DNA of 64,000 nt from an uncultured Gammaproteobacteria bacterium (lineage in GTDB: Bacteria; Patescibacteriota; Patescibacteriia; UBA9934; CAZDDW01): positions 686,595-750,594 of the forward strand of contig OZ246408.1 of NCBI GenBank assembly GCA_965231015.1, read 5' to 3'. Shown in pieces: positions 10,417 to 18,901 of the stretch; positions within the stretch are counted from its first letter, which is position 1, and each line of letters opens with the position of its first letter. The notes under the pieces were generated by a model that was given only the letters and a program-made list of their open reading frames with translations, had not been told where the DNA came from and ran no database searches. Both the position numbers and the translations under genes were made by a program.

Positions 10417-10836
10417 ATGCGGCAACTTTTTCAACAACTTAAAGACCAAAAAGGCTTTGTGACCATTACCACAGCTGTTATAATATTCTTTACAACCCTT
10501 ATTTTGGCCCTCTCCATTCAGTTTGCCGGCATTGGAGTGTTACAAACCGGATACTTAAACAATCTTTCTGCCCAAGCCTACTCTTTGGCTGATGGATGCT
10601 TAGAAGAAGCCATGCTCCGCTTAACCACGGATGACACTTATACCGGTGGTACGGTCACAGTCGGTGATGATTATTGCACCATTACCGTCACTGGAGCAGG
10701 TGCAACAAGAAACATTACCTCAATGTCCACGGTCAATGACATTGTCAATCGAGAAATTGAAGCCGATGTCACCATCACTGACATGGGCGGCTGGAACGAC
10801 GTTGTTATGACCGATTGGATGGAAACAATAAATTAA
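10417..10836 (+). CDS. Minor pilin (PilX/GspK-like)
   Basis: G|FVTITTAV lacking E5; QAYSLADGCLEEAMLRL PilX-type motif. Confidence 0.8.
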   Translation: MRQLFQQLKDQKGFVTITTAVIIFFTTLILALSIQFAGIGVLQTGYLNNLSAQAYSLADGCLEEAMLRLTTDDTYTGGTVTVGDDYCTITVTGAGATRNITSMSTVNDIVNREIEADVTITDMGGWNDVVMTDWMETIN

Positions 10837-10839
10837 CCT

Positions 10840-13005
10840 ATGGGAAGAATCAACCAAATCGGACTTAGTATTTCTGATGCCTCGATCGAAATGATCCAGG
10901 TGACAAAGTCCGGCAAAAATAAAGCTAAAATTATCAGCACAGCCACCGGTCCGATACCGGCCGGTATTATTAATCGTGGTGTAATAAAGGATCATGAAAA
11001 GTTGATTCAGGTATTAAACAAGGTCTACGAGTCGGCCAAACCCAAACCTTTTAACACTAAGGATGTATCGGTATCTTTGCCTGACAATGTGGCTTTTACG
11101 CATGTTTTTAAGTTCCCGGGTGCCTTAAACGAAAACGATGTTGCATCAACTTTAAAATTTGAAGCCGAAGACATAATCCCTTACCCCATTGATGACCTGT
11201 ACGTCACCTTTAAAATAATCAAACAGAACGAAGAAAAAACCGATGTTTTGTTTGTAGGTGCCCCTAAAGATATTATTGACGGTTACGTTACCACCCTTGA
11301 AGAGGCGGGCTACAAAATAAAACAATTGGAAATTGAAGCCAACGCTTTGATTCGCGTTCTTATTCCGGGTATTGCTAAGGGTAAAGCAGTCATGATTATG
11401 GATCTTGGTGGCACCAACACTCGCTTCACCTTGGCTGATGAAGAAGGTCTGAACGGGTCTTTCAGCCTACCAGTTGGTGGCAATGCTATCACAGAAGCAA
11501 TTGCCAAAGAGCTCAGTATCTCCGGACGTGAAGCAGAAGCGTTAAAGAAAAAGAAGAGCAAAGGAAAGAAGGCAAAAGTAATTGAAAAAGCAATTGATGA
11601 ATACCTGGAGAAAATAGTAGAAAAGGCTGAAAAAGTGATTGAGTGGTATGGTCGAGAGGACGAAGGTCAATTAGATAAAATGGTCCTGACCGGCGGTGGA
11701 AGTGGTCTGCCCGATTTAACTGAAAAGCTGTCTCAAAAACTAACCGCGCGTAAGCTTTCCATGGATATTGTCATGGGCAGCCCTTGGCAGAACATTGAAA
11801 CCAAGACCGCTCCCAAGCCCGCCTCGGTAAGTGGCCGGATATTTGCACCGGCTCTTGGGGCTGTTCCGATTAAATCAAGCAAGCTGGTTCCGGAAATCGA
11901 CTTAATAGACGTCCTCGGCAAAAGAAGAAATCCATTTAAAAATGTTTCTAACGTCCAAAAAACTGTTGATTTAATGGCTAAGCAAGATCCAGGGGCAGAT
12001 AAAGAACCTTTATCTTTACGTCGATTATCCGTTCTCATTAATCAATACAACACTGTCTTTGCCATCATTGCCGCAGCAATAATTGTGGGGGCAATTGGTT
12101 TTATTATCTTCTGGCTCTTTTTTGCTGATCGCGATTTTCAACAATTAACCACACCAACAACAACTACGGAACCGACCATCACTGAAGAAGTTGGTGAAGA
12201 GCAGGATGAGAGTGAAACAGAAGCCACAACTGGTCAGTTAATTCTACAAATGGATATAAACGCCAGAACTAGTGATGTAGTAGCGGCCAACTATCAAGAA
12301 GTGCCTAGTTACGGAACCACTTTCAGCTACCAACTAGAAGCCACAGAAACAGTGGACAGTGTTGCCTCGGGACGAGTTACTTTGTTTAACAACACTTCTG
12401 CAGACCAACCTTTAATAACCACCACGCGTCTACTTTCTGAAGACGGGGTATTATTTCGTTTAACCAATGCGGTCACAGTTCCGGCTGAAGGTCAGATTGA
12501 GGCAGAGGTTTATGCTGACCAAGCAGGGGCTTCAGGCAATATTGCTTCAACCAGTTTTACGATCCCCGGCCTACCTGACTCCCTACAAGCAGACATTTAT
12601 GCCACAAGCTCCGAGGCCATGAGTGGCGGCACCGAAGAAGTAGCTATCTTTTCAGAAGAAGTATATGAACAGGCTCTAGCTGAACTAAAAAGACAATTAC
12701 TTAGTACGCCGAGCAACCTGTTTGGTGCTGAATCAACTGAAAACACCTACCTGGTTGATTTGGCAGAATTGGAGCCGGTGGAGTTAGAAACATCGGTTGA
12801 AATCGGGCAAAGTACGGATGTGGTTGAACTCATAGGAACGGTTAGTATTTCTGCTCTGTCTTTTAGTGAAACCAATCTAAAAGAAGTTATCAAAACGGTT
12901 TTAGAAAAACCGGACGCCCAGGTTGAAATAAACGGTATCTCGGTTGAAAGTGTTGCAGATGACCTGCAAACAGCTGAACTGGATGTGGAGTATTCGACGG
13001 ATTAG
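10840..13005 (+). CDS. pilM: PilM actin-like ATPase fused to a TM helix and an extracellular baseplate-J-like domain
   Basis: IGLSISDASI, IMDLGGTNT, LPVGGNAIT, VLTGGGSGLP, FAPALGA; TM at ~12052-12123; ASGRVTLFN..TRL..DGVLFRL..ADQAG..GNI..FTIPGL. Confidence 0.82.
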   Translation: MGRINQIGLSISDASIEMIQVTKSGKNKAKIISTATGPIPAGIINRGVIKDHEKLIQVLNKVYESAKPKPFNTKDVSVSLPDNVAFTHVFKFPGALNENDVASTLKFEAEDIIPYPIDDLYVTFKIIKQNEEKTDVLFVGAPKDIIDGYVTTLEEAGYKIKQLEIEANALIRVLIPGIAKGKAVMIMDLGGTNTRFTLADEEGLNGSFSLPVGGNAITEAIAKELSISGREAEALKKKKSKGKKAKVIEKAIDEYLEKIVEKAEKVIEWYGREDEGQLDKMVLTGGGSGLPDLTEKLSQKLTARKLSMDIVMGSPWQNIETKTAPKPASVSGRIFAPALGAVPIKSSKLVPEIDLIDVLGKRRNPFKNVSNVQKTVDLMAKQDPGADKEPLSLRRLSVLINQYNTVFAIIAAAIIVGAIGFIIFWLFFADRDFQQLTTPTTTTEPTITEEVGEEQDESETEATTGQLILQMDINARTSDVVAANYQEVPSYGTTFSYQLEATETVDSVASGRVTLFNNTSADQPLITTTRLLSEDGVLFRLTNAVTVPAEGQIEAEVYADQAGASGNIASTSFTIPGLPDSLQADIYATSSEAMSGGTEEVAIFSEEVYEQALAELKRQLLSTPSNLFGAESTENTYLVDLAELEPVELETSVEIGQSTDVVELIGTVSISALSFSETNLKEVIKTVLEKPDAQVEINGISVESVADDLQTAELDVEYSTD

Positions 13006-13006
13006 C

Positions 13007-13043
13007 TTATCCACAACAATTTTTTAGCTCAAAATGCTATAAT
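13007..13043 (+). promoter_or_regulatory. Pilin-1 promoter: DnaA-box sequence TTATCCACA plus extended -10 TGCTATAAT
   Basis: Same motif pair with identical 28-nt offset upstream of pilin-2. Confidence 0.6.
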
Positions 13044-13073
13044 TAAGGTAATAAAATAATAAACAGAAACCAT

Positions 13074-13556
13074 ATGATAAATTTCAGGCGAAACAAAGAG
13101 GGTTTTACTTTGGTCGAGCTCCTCATTGTGATCGCAATCATTGTGATCCTGTTCGCTGTCATCTTGGTGGCCGTTGATCCACCAAAGCGACTTGGTCAAG
13201 CTCGAGATGCTGTGCGCCGTCAGGACGTTCGTGATATCCTCGAAGCGGTCCAACAATACATGGTGGACAACGATGGGGCTTACCCAACCGGACTGGACGC
13301 TGTTTCAGCCTCCTTCCAAGTACTTGGTACTGATGCCGCTGGATGTGACAGCACTTGTACAGCTGAAACTGCCCTGGCTGCTTGTTTAGACATGTCCGGT
13401 GACTTAGTTGAGGAATATCTGGCTGATATTCCATTTGATCCATCAAGCGGAGATGCTGGAAACACAGATTATGCTATCAATCGTACGGCTGGTGACCGCA
13501 TTGAAATAGTTGCTTGCGACCCGGAAATTGCAGCCACCATTTCAGTTAAACGATAA
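13074..13556 (+). CDS. pilA: Type IV major pilin, copy 1
   Basis: G|FTLVELLIVIAII, ARDAVRRQD, four Cys. Confidence 0.9.
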   Translation: MINFRRNKEGFTLVELLIVIAIIVILFAVILVAVDPPKRLGQARDAVRRQDVRDILEAVQQYMVDNDGAYPTGLDAVSASFQVLGTDAAGCDSTCTAETALAACLDMSGDLVEEYLADIPFDPSSGDAGNTDYAINRTAGDRIEIVACDPEIAATISVKR

Positions 13557-13571
13557 AACCAATCCGCAATT

Positions 13572-13602
13572 CCCCTTACAAATCCAAAAAGTAAGGGGTT
13601 TT
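13572..13602 (+). terminator. Intrinsic terminator after pilin-1
   Basis: CCCCTTAC-N11-GTAAGGGG followed by TTTT. Confidence 0.7.
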
Positions 13603-13603
13603 G

Positions 13604-13640
13604 ATATCCACAACCAAAATAAGCATAAAAATGGTATAAT
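13604..13640 (+). promoter_or_regulatory. Pilin-2 promoter: ATATCCACA plus extended -10 TGGTATAAT
   Basis: Matches pilin-1 promoter architecture and spacing. Confidence 0.6.
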
Positions 13641-13671
13641 TGAGCCAACTTAAACAATTAATAATGTCTTT

Positions 13672-14151
13672 ATGATAAATTTCAGGCGAAACAAAGAGGG
13701 TTTTACTTTGGTTGAGCTCCTCATTGTGATCGCAATCATTGTGATCCTGTTCGCTGTCATCTTGGTGGCCGTTGATCCACCAAAGCGACTTGGTCAAGCT
13801 CGAGATGCTGTGCGCCGTCAGGACGTTCGTGATATCCTCGAAGCGGTCCAACAATACATGGTGGACAACGATGGGGCTTACCCAACCGGACTGGACGATG
13901 TTCAAACCTCATATCAGGTACTCGGAACCGGAGTTGGTTGTGACACCACTTGTGGTGCTGCTACCACCCTACCTGCTTGTTTAGACATGTCCGGTGACTT
14001 GGTTGAGGAATACCTGGCTGATATTCCATTTGACCCATCAACCGGAAGTGCGGCTAACACTGATTATGCCATCGAGCTAACTGCTGGCGACAGAATCGAA
14101 GTTTTAGCTTGTGACCCAGAAATTGCAGCCACAATTTCGGCCAAACGATAA
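13672..14151 (+). CDS. pilA: Type IV major pilin, copy 2
   Basis: First 226 nt identical to copy 1 except one synonymous change; divergent variable blocks. Confidence 0.9.
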   Translation: MINFRRNKEGFTLVELLIVIAIIVILFAVILVAVDPPKRLGQARDAVRRQDVRDILEAVQQYMVDNDGAYPTGLDDVQTSYQVLGTGVGCDTTCGAATTLPACLDMSGDLVEEYLADIPFDPSTGSAANTDYAIELTAGDRIEVLACDPEIAATISAKR

Positions 14152-14173
14152 AGAAAAGTAAAGTTCTGATTAT

Positions 14174-14203
14174 CCCCCACTTTCTCTCGAAAGTGGGGGT
14201 TTT
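14174..14203 (+). terminator. Intrinsic terminator after pilin-2
   Basis: CCCCCACTTTC-TCTC-GAAAGTGGGGG-TTTT. Confidence 0.75.
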
Positions 14204-14241
14204 GTGGTAAAATAACAAAAGTAAAAACAATAAAAAAACAC

Positions 14242-17064
14242 ATGTCTAAATTCATCTTCTTTCTATTAATTGTCTTTCTGATAGCCCCTTTGGCTCTTAC
14301 AAAGCCTGTCCCGGCTGCTGCGCGGGGTTCGCTTATCAAGGGCAGTTTACCGGCCGTGTATTACTTGGCTTCAGACGGAAAACGCTACGTCTTCCCTAAC
14401 GAAAAAATCTACTTTTCCTGGTATGAAAATTTTTCTGGAGTCAGCGAGATTAATGACAGCACCCTGGCTTCTTATGACCTTGGCGGTAATGTTTCTTACC
14501 GACCCGGCACACATTTAGTAAAGATTCAAAGCAATTCCACGGTTTATGCGGTTGAACCCGGCGGCATGCTTCGCGCCATTGATTCAGAAGAGACAGCCAG
14601 CACCCTTTACGGCTCTGACTGGGCCAGTCGAGTACACGACCTGCCAGACAGCTTTTTTTCTTATTACACGGTGACTAACGAGCTGGACGAAACAGTCTAT
14701 CCTGAAGGTAGTTTATTAAAAGATTCTGTCTCAAGTGAATACTACATCATTTTAAATGGACAAAAACGCCTCTTAAGCGATGACGGGATCACAGCCAACG
14801 GTATTCAGACCAAATACGCTATCACTACTGATACCAGCTCTTACACATCAGGAAGCACCGTTACTACAGAGATTACTGAACTGGCAGACACTGCCCAAAT
14901 TGACCAGGGACTCATCAATCAGGACACCATCATTGAGGTCAGCACGGTTCAAAATGAAACCACCGTATTACAGGACGCCAACAACGAAGTCCTGGCCACT
15001 TACATTTTCTCCCTTACCAAAGAAGTCGAAATCAAATCTCTGGTTTTACGCATTCGCGCTCACTCGAGCACAGATAGCGATGACGATCCGGGTGGATTAA
15101 TTTATGAAGAAGGAGGAGGCAACCTAGAAAATATTCGTTTTGTTACCTCAGACGGAACACAATTATTGTCTTCGCGTAGCTTAAGTTCAGATACCAACAA
15201 AGACGGCCAGCAAGATATTAGCTTTACCGGAACGGCTACTTTACCGGTGGGCCAACACACGGTCAATGTTCTGGTGGACGTTATCGAGGAAGTTCCGGAT
15301 GGTGAAAGCTATTCCACCACTTTATACCTATCTGACACCTCTTTTGAGATATCAGGCAACGAAACAACGGATTACACTCCGGAGAGCCTATCCAGCGGTA
15401 CAGTAACCGTTAAAACGCAAAATTTGGCCGTTTCCGTAGCTTCCAACCTGGAAAACCAGTATTTCCTAAAAGGTGGAAATTCAGACTTTGTAGACTTAAT
15501 CTCTTTCAAATTGGAAAACTCGCGCAAAGAATCCGTGACCGTCTCCGAATTCACCCTAACCGGCTATATTGACGAACACGAAGGTGATACTGACTTTGTG
15601 GCCGGAGCTGATTCGGATAACTCCGGATCCAGCTTTACCTATGTTGATGATGTAATCGATAAGGTTGAACTGATTAATGAGGAAACCGAAGAATTAATCG
15701 GAACCCAGTCCACAGTACAATCAAACGGCGCGGTTTCTTTTGGGAACATTGACCTTACCCTGGAAGCCGAAACCAGCGTTAACCTACTGACTCGGGTTTA
15801 TATTAATTCTGATGCACCTTTCGGCCTACAGTCAGACCGCATTTCTTTTGATATTGATGACGTAGAAGATGATATGACTGTTAAAGTGACCGGTACTAGC
15901 CAAGAAGTTGATATTGAAGCTACCAGCCTAAACAATGGATCCAGTCCCGGCTCATTTTTGACCGTTTCTGAATCAGGAACTCTGACCATAGAGGGGTCCG
16001 GCAGTGCTCCGGCACGTCTTATTATGGGAACCGAGGAAAATTCTATCTATTCTTTTACCTTTACCGCTTCTGAAGAGGAGGCCATGATCATTGATACCTT
16101 GACGGTTCGCTTGCTTGACCCAAACGCCCAAAGAAGTGTGTCTAAGGTTGAACTAAGGCACCTTGGGGATGATGGTTATGAATACGTTGATGGAAACTTT
16201 GTTAACAGCAACGCTACTTTTGAAAACCTGGACATTGAAGTTCCCCAGGACGATGAATTGACTGTCAGTGTTTTAGTAGACATTGGCGATGACAACTCAT
16301 CGGCTCAATCCGGAGACAAAATTGGGGTGGCTTTTGAAACCAATACTTTCAAAGCCCATGGTGCAACATCCGGAATCCGGTTTGATAAAGATGATCTAGG
16401 TGAACACCTGATTGATTCAACCAGCCTCGGCTCAGAAACCTTTGTTCGGCGTAACGAACCAAATGTCAGTCTAGCCGTGAACCAACCAGACGCCTCACAA
16501 GGTCGTTCTGACCAAACAGAAATTTTCACCTTTACCCTTGGCTCAGAAGGAGAGGGTAATCCGGAATTAGAGTTAATTACCTTCAAAATTACCACCTCTG
16601 ACGTTGGTTACGATTTAAACGAAGAAGAGGCCGACAATGACCTCTTGGAAGGGCTAGCTGATATCAACGGTGATAGTTCTGATGACGACGAAACGGTTGA
16701 GATAATTGATGAAGAAAGCGGTGACACAATTTGTGAGGGATCGAGTGGGCACATTGATTTCTCAATTTATGATTATTCCGAGAGTGAAATTGATACTACA
16801 CCGGCCGGGCTTGATACAGATCGAGAAGATTATGGTTTGATAGTTTGTGAGATGAATAATCCGCTTCGTATATATAACGAGGGTCGGGATTACACATTTG
16901 GCTTAAACACCACTGAGCTGGCACCCGGAGCGCAAAATGTCCGTGTTACGATCCTTGGCGGTGATGACTTCCGATGGAACGATGGAACCAATACCAGCCT
17001 AACAGAAAATGGAGACGAGATCAGTGGCCTGAACTTAAACTCCCAATACGCCTCGTTCCAGTAA
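14242..17064 (+). CDS. Large acidic secreted surface/S-layer-like protein with Ig-like beta repeats
   Basis: Signal peptide; N-terminal repeats 'GSLIKGSLPAVYY..DGKRYVFPNE..YFSWY' and 'PGTHLVKI..TVYAVEPGG'; D/E/S/T-rich body. Confidence 0.7.
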   Translation: MSKFIFFLLIVFLIAPLALTKPVPAAARGSLIKGSLPAVYYLASDGKRYVFPNEKIYFSWYENFSGVSEINDSTLASYDLGGNVSYRPGTHLVKIQSNSTVYAVEPGGMLRAIDSEETASTLYGSDWASRVHDLPDSFFSYYTVTNELDETVYPEGSLLKDSVSSEYYIILNGQKRLLSDDGITANGIQTKYAITTDTSSYTSGSTVTTEITELADTAQIDQGLINQDTIIEVSTVQNETTVLQDANNEVLATYIFSLTKEVEIKSLVLRIRAHSSTDSDDDPGGLIYEEGGGNLENIRFVTSDGTQLLSSRSLSSDTNKDGQQDISFTGTATLPVGQHTVNVLVDVIEEVPDGESYSTTLYLSDTSFEISGNETTDYTPESLSSGTVTVKTQNLAVSVASNLENQYFLKGGNSDFVDLISFKLENSRKESVTVSEFTLTGYIDEHEGDTDFVAGADSDNSGSSFTYVDDVIDKVELINEETEELIGTQSTVQSNGAVSFGNIDLTLEAETSVNLLTRVYINSDAPFGLQSDRISFDIDDVEDDMTVKVTGTSQEVDIEATSLNNGSSPGSFLTVSESGTLTIEGSGSAPARLIMGTEENSIYSFTFTASEEEAMIIDTLTVRLLDPNAQRSVSKVELRHLGDDGYEYVDGNFVNSNATFENLDIEVPQDDELTVSVLVDIGDDNSSAQSGDKIGVAFETNTFKAHGATSGIRFDKDDLGEHLIDSTSLGSETFVRRNEPNVSLAVNQPDASQGRSDQTEIFTFTLGSEGEGNPELELITFKITTSDVGYDLNEEEADNDLLEGLADINGDSSDDDETVEIIDEESGDTICEGSSGHIDFSIYDYSESEIDTTPAGLDTDREDYGLIVCEMNNPLRIYNEGRDYTFGLNTTELAPGAQNVRVTILGGDDFRWNDGTNTSLTENGDEISGLNLNSQYASFQ

Positions 17065-17077
17065 AAATTAAGATAGG

Positions 17078-17108
17078 TAAGGGTACCTCTCGTGGGTGCC
17101 CTTATTTT
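17078..17108 (+). terminator. Intrinsic terminator
   Basis: TAAGGGTACC..GGTGCCCTTA plus T-run. Confidence 0.65.
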
Positions 17109-17128
17109 GTTTATCTACTCTGTTTGTC

Positions 17129-17295
17129 TCCGCCACTTCGAGTACGACGGAGGTCAATGGACATTTTGACCGGCTCGTGACGAGGATTGTTTGAAGCCGA
17201 GCATCCACCAAAAAAAAGACGCAAGGCAAGTCCCGCAGTCAAAGTTAGAAATGTTCATTATTCACCTCAGGCGAACGCAGAAAGAAAGAAAAGTG
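17129..17295. repeat. Dispersed structured repeat, copy 1
   Basis: Aligns with 42548-42720; self-complementary long hairpin. Confidence 0.85.
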
Positions 17296-17302
17296 AATTG
17301 TT

Positions 17303-18223
17303 TTATACCTTAAGATAACGCCGCATAGCCATGCTAGAGGCGATAATATTGATCAAAAGTAAACCAAGCACCTGGGCTCCGAAAATTAATAAAAAGTTTT
17401 CATTGAAGTACCCAATGAGGTTTGAGGTAATAGGATCAAAGAAAGCGTCAAACCTGGGCTCCAAAACTCCTAATAACGGATAAAGAAGAATTATGGTTAT
17501 GGCGGTGGCAAGCAAACTAAAGATACCGGCTTCGGCAAAAAACGGAGCGCGGATAAAGAAACTTGAAGCTCCAACCAATCGCATAATAGATATTTCTTCA
17601 CGATGAATAAAGATGGCTACCCGAACCGTGTTAAACACAATCATGACCACAAACAACAAAAAGACTCCGGACAAGGCCAGACCAAACCAACGCACATGAT
17701 CAGTCACTCGGTTGATGCTGCCAATAATAGCCTCATAATCATCGAACTCTTTCTTCTCAATGTAGTCCCGGAACTGTGGATTATCAAGGGACTCTAAAAT
17801 AAAATCAAAGTCCTTTGGTGAACGAGCCGAAACCACCAGTGACGGACCAAACGGATTACCCTCAACTTCTTCCAAAGAACTTAATATGTCCGGATCCTCA
17901 CTGTGACGCTCAACAAAGCGGTTATATGCCTCGTCTGACGTGATCAAAACCGCATCTTGGACTTGAGGCAGGCCATTTAAATATCCCTGTGCGCCCTCTA
18001 CTATTTCCAACGAAGTGTCCGGCTCAAAATAGACTGAGATATCCACTTTTGATTCTACGGCCGCAATAGCAGTCTCGGTCACAACGTTTAAAATCACAAG
18101 CACATTTACGGTCAACAAAGTCAGTACCAACATGCTCACGGTGATAATCGAAAGCCAAAAGTTGCGCCAAAAATTTTGAAACGCAAACTTGATTATGCGA
18201 TATGTAGCGGTTATTAGATTCAC
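17303..18223 (-). CDS. ftsX: Cell division permease FtsX
   Basis: NFWRNFWLS..TM, NTVRVAIF..REEISIMRLVGAS..FIRAPF. Confidence 0.92.
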   Translation of the reverse strand: MNLITATYRIIKFAFQNFWRNFWLSIITVSMLVLTLLTVNVLVILNVVTETAIAAVESKVDISVYFEPDTSLEIVEGAQGYLNGLPQVQDAVLITSDEAYNRFVERHSEDPDILSSLEEVEGNPFGPSLVVSARSPKDFDFILESLDNPQFRDYIEKKEFDDYEAIIGSINRVTDHVRWFGLALSGVFLLFVVMIVFNTVRVAIFIHREEISIMRLVGASSFFIRAPFFAEAGIFSLLATAITIILLYPLLGVLEPRFDAFFDPITSNLIGYFNENFLLIFGAQVLGLLLINIIASSMAMRRYLKV

Positions 18224-18900
18224 AAAAGATATTTTCCTTCCTCCTGGTCGGAAACCAGCTCACCGTCCTCCAGGGTTAAAACCCTTTTTTTCAGGGCATT
18301 CACAACTTCACGATTGTGAGTGACAAGCACTACAGTAGTGCCAAATTCATTGATCTTTTTTAACAAATTGATTATCTCATGCGTGTTTACAGTATCTAAA
18401 TTTCCCGTCGGCTCATCCGCAACTAAAATTTTCGGTCTATGAACTAATGCACGCGCCATGACTACACGCTGTTGCTCACCACCGGATAATTGGGTCGGAT
18501 ACCGATGTGCTTTATCTTCTAAACTGACGATCTTGAGCACGTGCGGCACCACCTCGGCAATACGTTTTCCCCGTTCCCCAGCCACCTCAAGCGCAAAAGC
18601 CACATTTTCAAAAACTGTTTTCTTAGGGAGCAATTTGAAATCCTGAAACACAACCCCAATTTGCCGACGCAAAATTGGCACGTCCCCGGGTCGTATACGT
18701 GAAATGTCCCACCCACCAATTATCACTTCACCTTTTGTGGGTCTTTCCTCGGCAAACAACAACTTGGCCAAAGTTGTTTTTCCGGTTCCGCTCTGCCCGA
18801 CAATCGAAACAAATTCACCAGCCTTAATATGCAGGCTGACGTCTTTTAAACCTACGGCGTTAGGCGGATATGTTTTGGAAATATTTTTAAGACGAATCAT
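18220..18900 (-). CDS. ftsE: Cell division ATP-binding protein FtsE
   Basis: GQSGTGKTT, RRQIGVVFQDFKLL, LSGGEQQRV, ADEPTGNLD; upstream of ftsX. Confidence 0.95.
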   Translation of the reverse strand: MIRLKNISKTYPPNAVGLKDVSLHIKAGEFVSIVGQSGTGKTTLAKLLFAEERPTKGEVIIGGWDISRIRPGDVPILRRQIGVVFQDFKLLPKKTVFENVAFALEVAGERGKRIAEVVPHVLKIVSLEDKAHRYPTQLSGGEQQRVVMARALVHRPKILVADEPTGNLDTVNTHEIINLLKKINEFGTTVVLVTHNREVVNALKKRVLTLEDGELVSDQEEGKYLL

Positions 18901-18901
18901 G

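Noticed and set aside
12300-13005. Prophage or contractile injection system suggested by the baseplate-J-like domain
   Set aside because: No sheath, tube, capsid, terminase or integrase genes; the domain is fused in frame to PilM
13007-13015. oriC from the DnaA box
   Set aside because: Isolated boxes in short spacers, with no box cluster, DUE or dnaA/dnaN nearby
13029-13984. Duplicated antisense/alternative-frame ORFs over the pilins
   Set aside because: Shadows of the pilin duplication with no independent coding evidence; the same applies to most short overlapping ORFs in the track
13074-14151. Diversity-generating retroelement TR/VR pair
   Set aside because: Differences are not adenine-specific, both copies are full genes, and no reverse transcriptase is in the window
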